Assembly: GCA_014382245.1 (NCBI GenBank)
Contig: JACNKC010000054.1
Location: 631 to 64,630 of the forward strand
Direction of reading: 5' to 3'
Origin: Pseudomonadota bacterium
GTDB lineage: Bacteria; Desulfobacterota; Binatia; UBA1149
Length of the DNA stretch: 64,000 bases
The notes below the pieces were generated by a model. That model did no database searches. It was given only the letters and a program-made list of their open reading frames with translations, and was not told where the DNA came from. The position numbers and the translations under genes are program-made. This document shows positions 57,324-64,000 of the stretch, piece after piece; positions within the stretch are counted from its first letter, which is position 1; every line of letters begins with the position of its first letter.

Positions 57324-58739
57324 ATGAGCAGGGCGCTGGCCCTGTTGCTGCTGCTCGGGGCAGGTATGGCCGCGTTCTGTATCGACCTGCGTCCTGTTGT
57401 ATCGCCTCCCGGCCCAGACATTCTCCTGGTCACGATCGACACCCTCAGGGCCGACCATTGCTCGGCTTATGGCTACACCACTGAGACCACGCCTTTTCTT
57501 TCCGACCTGGCCCGCGGGGGGGTGCTCTACGAGCAGGCGTGGGCCCCCACGGCAACGACTGCTCCTTCGCACGCGGCACTGTTTGCGTCGAGGTGGCCGC
57601 GCTCGATGGGCGTGATGCAGAACGGCCAGCCGGTGCCTGGCGGCGAGCTCATGTTGGCCGAACTGATGTCAAGGGGTGGATACGCGACGGCTGCCTTCGT
57701 GAGCTCGCTGCCCGTGAGCTCGCGGTTCGGCTTCGGCCAGGGCTTTGATTACTTCGACGATGATTTCGACGCCGAGGGAGCCTCGCGCGGTAAACGCAAG
57801 ATCCCGGGTGATGGCAGCCGGGGCGCGCACCGGCTTGACCGTCGTGCCGACGCCACGGCCCGGCATTTTGAGAACTGGTTGCGGCGACGCGATGACCCGC
57901 GGCCACTGTTTGCCTGGCTGCACTTCGTTGACCCCCACTATCCCTACGGCCGCGATCGCCTGCTCGATCTCGAATGGCCCGATTCGGTTGGGTTGGCGCT
58001 GCGCGCTTACGACAGCGAAATACTGAGGGCCGACCGCGGTCTCGCGACGGTCGTTAAGGCTTTTCGCCGACACTCGGCCACTCGCTCCTCGGGCGGAGAA
58101 ACTTCGGACAGGGGTTCGGTGGTGCTGGTGACCTCCGACCACGGCGAGGGGCTGGGCGATCACGGCTGGAAGTTTCACGGCATCAACGTTTACGAAGAGG
58201 CCGTCAGGGTACCCCTGCTGCTGTGGGGCAGCCCGGGGATCGACTTAGGCGGTACCGTGACTGGCGATACCGTGGCGGGTAGCAAATTGGCAGGGCGGGT
58301 TCGCAGCCAGCCGGTGACCCTGCTCGACGTGGCGCCCACCCTGGCCGGCCTCGCGGGGATTGAGCGTGCCCCTTCTTTTCTTGGACGCGAGCTTACCGGG
58401 GCGCTGCCCGAGGATCACGCCGTGTTCCTGCAGCGACGCAACTACCGGTCGCGGAGGGTGAGGGGACGCGAAGTACGGGGGCCACTGACTGCCGTCGTTG
58501 CCCAGGGCCACAAGTACCTGGCCACGGTTTCGGGGGAGCAGTCGATTACCGAGGAGCTATACCACCTGGCCGATGACCCCGGCGAACTCAACGACCTGTC
58601 GGCATCCAGGCCCGGGCTGTCGTTGCGACTGGCCCGCCTGCTGTCGGACTGGGAGTCGGAGTACCCGGCCGTGAAGGGGGTTCCCGTTTCTGACCGCGAA
58701 GTCATAAAGGCGCTGCGGTTGCTGGGCTACGTGGAGTGA
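57324..58739 (+). CDS. Secreted sulfatase-fold (AlkP superfamily) protein lacking the FGly Cys/Ser; has T-A-P-S-H instead of C-x-P-x-R; probable phospho-ester hydrolase/transferase
   Basis: Signal peptide MSRALALLLLLGAGMAAFC. LLVTIDTLRADH metal site, TTAPSHAALFAS nucleophile region, VLVTSDHGEGLGDHGW, C-terminal ELYHLADDPGELNDL and tail ...LRLLGYVE. Alternative start 57273. Confidence 0.75.
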   Translation: MSRALALLLLLGAGMAAFCIDLRPVVSPPGPDILLVTIDTLRADHCSAYGYTTETTPFLSDLARGGVLYEQAWAPTATTAPSHAALFASRWPRSMGVMQNGQPVPGGELMLAELMSRGGYATAAFVSSLPVSSRFGFGQGFDYFDDDFDAEGASRGKRKIPGDGSRGAHRLDRRADATARHFENWLRRRDDPRPLFAWLHFVDPHYPYGRDRLLDLEWPDSVGLALRAYDSEILRADRGLATVVKAFRRHSATRSSGGETSDRGSVVLVTSDHGEGLGDHGWKFHGINVYEEAVRVPLLLWGSPGIDLGGTVTGDTVAGSKLAGRVRSQPVTLLDVAPTLAGLAGIERAPSFLGRELTGALPEDHAVFLQRRNYRSRRVRGREVRGPLTAVVAQGHKYLATVSGEQSITEELYHLADDPGELNDLSASRPGLSLRLARLLSDWESEYPAVKGVPVSDREVIKALRLLGYVE

Positions 58740-60154
58740 AGCGGGCGTTGCAAAGAACAGCCACCGCCTTGTCGGTGGCCTTGTTGTTTTCGTTGGCAGC
58801 CTGCAGCGAGCCGCCATCTACCGAGCCATTCCCCACTGGTCCGTATCCCGAAGCACCGCTGCTGCTGCTCGGCGTCGACGGTCTCGAGTGGGACGTGGTG
58901 CTCGAACTGGTCAAGCTCGGTGACCTGCCCGTGCTCGCCGGCCTCATGCGCCGCGGCGTGTACGGCAGTCTTGACGTCGATCGTCCCACCTTGTCGCCGG
59001 TGCTGTGGACAACGGCCGCCACCGGTCACCTCGCGGCTGAGCACGGGATTTCCGGCTTCGTGTACAGGCACAAAAAAAAGGTCAAGTTGTTTCGCAGCTT
59101 CGATCGTCGTCGCCCGGCTTTCTGGAACCTCCTGGGCATGGCTGGCCAGCGAGTAGCCACGGTGGGTTGGTGGCTCACCTGGCCCGCCGAAGAAGTGAAC
59201 GGCATCATGGTTTCCCAGGCCAACACGATCACCAACTCCATGCGCCGCGACGGCATGGGTATAAGCAAGAACTCGTTGTTTACCGGTCTGCAGCAGCAGG
59301 TATGGCCGCCGGCCATGGAGGCCAGCGTGTTGGCCGTACCCGGGCGGGTGGAGAGCGGGCTCGACGAGCACGTGGAGCGAGTACTGGGACGCCTGCCCGC
59401 TGATCTGCCCAAGGTAGAGGCGGTGCTCATGCGCCACTGTCGCTGGGCCTTGCGGGCCGACGAAACTTATCGCCGCGTGGCGCTCGACCTGATGGCTGTC
59501 GACGAGGGGTTTGACCTGCTGTCGGTATACTTCGGTGGGTCCGACGTGCTGGGGCACCGCTTCTGGCGCTATGCCTATCCGCAGCAGTACAAGCACCCGC
59601 CCACCGCCGATATGATAGAGGCCCTGGGCGACGTTCTGCACGACTACTACCGCTGGCTCGACACGACCCTCGGCGAGTTGATCGCTGCCGGGCCCGCTAA
59701 CGCCAACGTGGTCGTGGTGAGCGATCACGGCATGCACGCCATTCGTCCGCGCGCGCGTTTTGCTTCTGCCGACCGCATTCCGGCCCTCAACTCGGGTGGC
59801 CACTCGGACGCGCCCGATGCCTTGCTCATCGCCGCCGGTCCCTCGCTGCCGCTGGGCGACGGTGGCCTGCCGGAAAACCGCGAGCAGATCGTCGAGCTTG
59901 GCCGCCTGGTGGATCTCGCCCCTTCGCTGCTCGCGCTGCGGGGGCTTCCCTACGGGCTCAACATGACGGGCCGACCGATGCCGGCACTGCTGTCGGCGTC
60001 TTTTGCCGAGAAATTTCCGCTGACCTCGCGCCGTCGCTGGACCAGTGATGATTGGCGTCCGAGCTGGACCACTCCCTTTGCCGAGGAGCGTCTGCAGGAC
60101 GACGATTCGGAGCAGCGGCTGGAGCAACTGCGCTCGCTCGGTTACATAAAATAA
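58736..60154 (+). CDS. Lipoprotein, type I phosphodiesterase/nucleotide pyrophosphatase (NPP, AlkP superfamily) family
   Basis: Lipobox LFSLAAC; LLLGVDGLEWDVV; RPTLSPVLWTTAATGHLAAEHGI matches the NPP catalytic-Thr motif (T-x-P-x...TG...HGI); VVVSDHGMH; tail ...LRSLGYIK. ATGA overlap with the upstream paralog. Confidence 0.75.
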   Translation: MKRALQRTATALSVALLFSLAACSEPPSTEPFPTGPYPEAPLLLLGVDGLEWDVVLELVKLGDLPVLAGLMRRGVYGSLDVDRPTLSPVLWTTAATGHLAAEHGISGFVYRHKKKVKLFRSFDRRRPAFWNLLGMAGQRVATVGWWLTWPAEEVNGIMVSQANTITNSMRRDGMGISKNSLFTGLQQQVWPPAMEASVLAVPGRVESGLDEHVERVLGRLPADLPKVEAVLMRHCRWALRADETYRRVALDLMAVDEGFDLLSVYFGGSDVLGHRFWRYAYPQQYKHPPTADMIEALGDVLHDYYRWLDTTLGELIAAGPANANVVVVSDHGMHAIRPRARFASADRIPALNSGGHSDAPDALLIAAGPSLPLGDGGLPENREQIVELGRLVDLAPSLLALRGLPYGLNMTGRPMPALLSASFAEKFPLTSRRRWTSDDWRPSWTTPFAEERLQDDDSEQRLEQLRSLGYIK

Positions 60155-60164
60155 CTCCTGGGGG

Positions 60165-61577
60165 TCAGTCGAGGTAGCCCAGGGCCTTGAGGGCGGCGCG
60201 TTCAGATGGGCTGATGTCCGCCTCGCCGCCGTCCTGCCGGATGCGGGCCGGAGGATTGGCCTGCTTCCATGCCTCGAGGGCCGCGCTCATCCGGGCCAGG
60301 TGAACGGCTTGTCGTTCGGCCAGGTTGCTGCGTTCGTTCGGGTCAAGGTCGAGTCGGTACAGTTCGGGCGGCCGCTGTTCGGCGAGGATGAGTTTCCACG
60401 GTGTCTCGAACCACGCTTCTTCGCTGCCGGACAGGCGCTTAAGAGGCGGCGTACGAAAGGGGCGTCGCTGGGCATAGAACGGCACCACGGGCGGCTGGGT
60501 TTCTACGAACAGCCAGGATGACAGGTCGCGGCCCTGGGCCGCAAAAGGGCGGGTGGGATCGAGCAGGCCCGCGACGGTGGGCGCGAGATCCACCAGCGAC
60601 ACGGGCGTGGTTATTATCCGCGGCGCGAGCTTTCCCTGCCACTGCATTATGAGCGGCACGTGCAGGGCTTCTTCGTACAGCAGCGTGCCGTGGCCGAAGC
60701 CGATACCGGTTTCCTGTTGCCGTTCGGCCAGAGATTCGCCGTGGTCGGAGGTGACGACGACGAGCGGAGCCTGGCCGCGAGGTGACGATTGCCGGGCCAG
60801 GTTCACGATCGCGCCCAGCGCGCTGTCCACGTGGCTGACCTCACCGTCGTACAGCCCACGTGCGGCCTCGACCTGTCCGGCGGGGAGCACAGCCGAACGA
60901 AGAAAACGTGGCGGGTCGCTGAAGCGTTGCGGTAGCTGATCGTGGTGGGCCATCGTGCCACGACGCAGTGCCGACGGGGGCTCGTAGGGTTTGTGGGGTT
61001 CCCACAGGTGTACCCACAGGAACCAGGGCTCGTCGCCGTTGTCCGCGAGCCACTTGCGCGTGAGCTCGACCATCTCCCGGGAGTTGCGCCAGTGTTGCTC
61101 GCGCGGTGGCGAGTCGCTGCTGTCAAAGCCCGACAGGTTGCGGCGTGGCGGATCCAGTCCCAGGCGCGCCGTTATCGCCGCGGTGGTCTTGCCTTGCGCG
61201 CGCATCCAGTCGGCGAGCGTGGGCAGGTCGTCGACCGCGCGGGACGCGTTCACCAGCAGGCCGTGGCTGCGCGGGTACAGCCCGGTAAGAATGGAGGCGT
61301 GCGAGGGGTCGGTGGTGGGCACGGTGGCGTGTGCCGACTCAAAACGTACGCCGCCGGCCGCCAGCCGGTCGAGGGCCGGCGAGCCGTGGGCATTATTTTC
61401 GGGGCCGTATCCCCAGCTTCCCAGGCGATCGGCCCTCAGCGTGTCGATGGTAACCAGCAACACGTTGGCGTTGGCCCGGTCGGTGGCGGGTTCGGACTGG
61501 GAGCAGGCGCTGGCAAGCAAGGTCGCTGCGGCGAGCGTTGCGGCGATCCTGCCCGAAATCATCATCGTGACCTGCAT
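60165..61577 (-). CDS. Secreted sulfatase-fold (AlkP superfamily) protein with T-D-P-S-H in place of C-x-P-x-R
   Basis: Signal/lipobox-like LLASAC; LLVTIDTLRADRLG; PTTDPSHASILTGLYPRSHG; VVVTSDHGESL; ELYRLDLDPNERSNLA; tail ...LKALGYLD. Confidence 0.75.
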   Translation of the reverse strand: MQVTMMISGRIAATLAAATLLASACSQSEPATDRANANVLLVTIDTLRADRLGSWGYGPENNAHGSPALDRLAAGGVRFESAHATVPTTDPSHASILTGLYPRSHGLLVNASRAVDDLPTLADWMRAQGKTTAAITARLGLDPPRRNLSGFDSSDSPPREQHWRNSREMVELTRKWLADNGDEPWFLWVHLWEPHKPYEPPSALRRGTMAHHDQLPQRFSDPPRFLRSAVLPAGQVEAARGLYDGEVSHVDSALGAIVNLARQSSPRGQAPLVVVTSDHGESLAERQQETGIGFGHGTLLYEEALHVPLIMQWQGKLAPRIITTPVSLVDLAPTVAGLLDPTRPFAAQGRDLSSWLFVETQPPVVPFYAQRRPFRTPPLKRLSGSEEAWFETPWKLILAEQRPPELYRLDLDPNERSNLAERQAVHLARMSAALEAWKQANPPARIRQDGGEADISPSERAALKALGYLD

Positions 61578-61593
61578 GGAAGGTACAGGTTAG

Positions 61594-63063
61594 ATGTATG
61601 GCCCGTCCTTAGCTACAGTCGCCGCCGTGAGAGTCGTGATCGCAGCGTTGTTCAAGCGCAGGCTGAACGCGCGCGCCGCCGTACTGTTGTTGGCCCTGGG
61701 CGTGGTCAGCGCAGCCGGTTGCGTGGGCGACCCGGGGCCTGCGCCGCGTCGGGCCTACGACGATAAACCCAACGTCCTCCTGGTGAGTATTGACAGCCTT
61801 CGCGCTGACCACCTGGGCTTCATGGGCTACGAGCGCGCCACCAGCCCGGTAATGGATCGCCTGGCCAGGAGCGCGGTCGTATTCGACAACGCCCACAGCA
61901 GCAGCTCGTGGACGCTTCCTGCCCACGCCGCGCTCATGACCGGTCTGCCCGACAGCACCCACGGCGTGAGTCGTGGAGGGCGCGCTTTGCCGACCGCCGC
62001 CGAGACCCTGGCCGAGGCTTTTCGCGTGGCGGGCTATCGCACCATGGGCTTCTACTCCGGGCCCTTCCTTCATCCGGTGTACGGCTTCGGGCGCGGGTTT
62101 GACGACTACGTAGACTGCAGCTCCTATGGCCTGGGCTCGGCAGGCGCTGACCCCAAGCGCCTTCACTCCGCGTCGCACCGCGACGTGACGGGCCCCATCG
62201 TCAAGCGCGAGCTCGAGGCGAGGGTGGCGTCACTGGGTCGCGGACCGTGGTTTGTTTTTGTCCACCTGTGGGACGTTCACTACGATTACATACCGCCGGC
62301 ACCTTACGACACGATGTTTGATCCCGATTACACGGGCTCGATGACCGGCGTCAATTTCAAGGGCAACCGGGATTTTAAACCAGGAATGGACGAGGCCGAC
62401 CGTCGCCACGTGCTGGCGCTGTACGACGGCGAGATAGCCTGGACCGACGACACTCTGGGCAGCATCGTGCGGACCTTGCTCGCTGAGCAGGGTGATCTCG
62501 ATAACAGCATCGTGGTCGTGACCTCGGACCACGGCGACGAGTTTCTTGAGCACGGAGGCAAGGGCCATCGGCGCACGCTTTACGAAGAGGTGTTGAAGAT
62601 CCCGTTGCTGCTGCACTGGCCGGCGGGGCTCAAGTCACGTCGCGTCAGCGACGCAGTGGGCCTTGTAGACATCGCGCCGACCCTGCTCGACCTGGCCGGG
62701 CTGCCGCCGATGGCGGGCGTGCTGGGGTCGTCGTTGGCCGGGCTAGCCCGTGGTGGCGTCGAGGCAGACCGCGCCGTCCTGGCCGAGCTTAACGTGGCCC
62801 CCCACCTTCTGAGTGCGGTCGTGCAGGGTCAGTCCAAGCTGATTACCCGCCGCGATGGTCGCCGGTCCAAGTACTTTGACCTGCGCTCGGATCCGGGCGA
62901 GCAGCGGCCCCTGCCTGCAGATAGCGGGGGCGCTTTGTCTGGCCGCCTGCGTGGGCTGCTCGACGAGGCCAAGCAGCGGGCGCTCGAACCGCTGCTGCTG
63001 TCGCCGTCTGATCTTTCGCCGGCGATGGAAGAACAGCTGCGGCAGCTGGGCTACATAGACTGA
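61594..63063 (+). CDS. Secreted sulfatase-fold (AlkP superfamily) protein with T-L-P-A-H in place of C-x-P-x-R
   Basis: Signal peptide ...AVLLLALGVVSAAGC; LLVSIDSLRADHLG; SSWTLPAHAALMTGLPD; VVVTSDHGDEFLEHGGKGH; tail ...LRQLGYID. Confidence 0.75.
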   Translation: MYGPSLATVAAVRVVIAALFKRRLNARAAVLLLALGVVSAAGCVGDPGPAPRRAYDDKPNVLLVSIDSLRADHLGFMGYERATSPVMDRLARSAVVFDNAHSSSSWTLPAHAALMTGLPDSTHGVSRGGRALPTAAETLAEAFRVAGYRTMGFYSGPFLHPVYGFGRGFDDYVDCSSYGLGSAGADPKRLHSASHRDVTGPIVKRELEARVASLGRGPWFVFVHLWDVHYDYIPPAPYDTMFDPDYTGSMTGVNFKGNRDFKPGMDEADRRHVLALYDGEIAWTDDTLGSIVRTLLAEQGDLDNSIVVVTSDHGDEFLEHGGKGHRRTLYEEVLKIPLLLHWPAGLKSRRVSDAVGLVDIAPTLLDLAGLPPMAGVLGSSLAGLARGGVEADRAVLAELNVAPHLLSAVVQGQSKLITRRDGRRSKYFDLRSDPGEQRPLPADSGGALSGRLRGLLDEAKQRALEPLLLSPSDLSPAMEEQLRQLGYID

Positions 63064-63986
63064 TCGATCAGCATGTAGACCTTGACCTTGTGCGAGGCGA
63101 ACTGCTTGTCGGCTACCTGGCGGTAGTTTTTTTTCAACCAGCGGTTGCCGCCGGGCATAGGGCTGCGGGAGTGCAGCACTACGTCGGGAAGCCGCCCGTC
63201 GCGCAGCGGCTTCCACGGCAGATCGCCGCGGTCGTGCATCCACGCGGTCATGCCACGTATGCCCAGGCCCAGCGGCACGTGGTTGTCCATGTGCGAGAAG
63301 GCCAGCAGGTGGGTGCAGCCCACCGCGTAGATCGTCTGTCCCGACTCCTGCATGGCGTGCACGCGTTCGGCCAGGCGGTATTGCGAGGCGAGCTTGCGGC
63401 CGGCCGACAGGTTTCTACCGGGCAGCGCCAGGGGTAGCAGGACGGCGACAGACACTGCCAGCAGCAGGGCAGCGGCGGGGTAACGACTGTGCCGCGCCAG
63501 CGCTGACACGGGCAGGCCCAGCAACAGGCCTATACCCACGGCCATGAAGGGCTCGACCAGGAAGCGGTCGGGGAAGCCCTGGTAGTCGTGCAGCGTGAAC
63601 AGCAACGCGGCGTGGCCGCCTGCCACCAGCGCTATCCATCCCGGCCGGGCCGACAGCCAGCCGCCCACGCGAGATGGCCTGGCCAGGCACCAGAGCCAGG
63701 CTACGGCCGCCGCGGCCACCGACAGGGCCGGCAAAACGCTTGCGCTGTTGAAGCCCTCCTGCACGCGCAGGAACCAGACCACGTGGCGGCCGAGTAATTT
63801 CAATCCCAGGCCGTGGGTCATGTACATCGAGGGGTAGACGATCGTCTGTTCCCACTGCTGGGCCAGCGCGTCGTGGGCCACGAAGTAGAGCTCGTAGGGG
63901 AGAAGCGCCAGTGCGAAGCCGGCGCAGTACAGCGCAAAGCTGCGCAGGCGCCTGGGTGCTACGAGCAGGTCGACCAGCGCAAACAC
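63051..63986 (-). CDS. Polytopic membrane protein resembling the C-terminal two thirds of a GT-C type glycosyltransferase (ArnT/PMT/DUF2142-like); the N-terminus may lie beyond the window end
   Basis: 311 aa with at least 8 hydrophobic helices and a Trp/Arg-rich C-terminal periplasmic tail. The frame is still open 14 nt before the window edge, so the ATG at 63986 may not be the true start. Confidence 0.4.
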   Translation of the reverse strand: MFALVDLLVAPRRLRSFALYCAGFALALLPYELYFVAHDALAQQWEQTIVYPSMYMTHGLGLKLLGRHVVWFLRVQEGFNSASVLPALSVAAAAVAWLWCLARPSRVGGWLSARPGWIALVAGGHAALLFTLHDYQGFPDRFLVEPFMAVGIGLLLGLPVSALARHSRYPAAALLLAVSVAVLLPLALPGRNLSAGRKLASQYRLAERVHAMQESGQTIYAVGCTHLLAFSHMDNHVPLGLGIRGMTAWMHDRGDLPWKPLRDGRLPDVVLHSRSPMPGGNRWLKKNYRQVADKQFASHKVKVYMLIDQSM

Positions 63987-64000
63987 GGCAACGAGTGCCG

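Overview
High-GC (about 65%) proteobacterial chromosomal segment with dense coding on both strands. Many overlaps between adjacent genes are 4 nt (GTGA or ATGA), which suggests translational coupling. The left edge (1-620) holds the 5' end of a P4-type tyrosine integrase gene (the gene runs off the window start), a tandem GGTACC-containing repeat and a tRNA/tmRNA-like 3' fragment, so it looks like the border of an integrated element lying left of the window. The rest is a mix of accessory metabolism and housekeeping genes: a MerR regulator with a divergent LLM flavin oxidoreductase; four NTF2/SnoaL-like proteins; three MBL-fold hydrolases; five SDRs; three SAM methyltransferases. All on the minus strand, in transcription order, there is a TonB2-type energy-transduction operon (DUF3450, large ExbB-like, ExbB, ExbD, TonB, TPR protein), then a TonB-dependent receptor, a long-chain acyl-CoA ligase and a TSUP transporter. 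Housekeeping genes include gor, apaG, thiC, xth, pckG, an ABC-F ATPase, an amidase and a molybdopterin oxidoreductase. The most interesting signals are: (i) a GrdB/PrdB-like 'selenoprotein B' family ORF interrupted by a single in-frame TGA (TPI-U-PFC, a UxxC motif) with a 7-bp hairpin 11 nt downstream, a candidate selenocysteine recoding site; (ii) two large secreted cysteine-rich proteins, one with dockerin-like Ca-binding repeats followed by six Cys-rich modules; (iii) an array of four paralogous secreted AlkP-superfamily enzymes (three sulfatase-like, one NPP-like) that have Thr and His in place of the sulfatase Cys/Ser-x-P-x-Arg formylglycine motif and share a C-terminal L-[RK]-x-LGY-[VIL]-[DEK] tail; (iv) terminator-bounded, possibly regulatory or sRNA non-coding regions upstream of the MFS transporter, between the NTF2 gene and gor, and downstream of the Mo-oxidoreductase. 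No CRISPR array, rRNA or canonical full tRNA was found.
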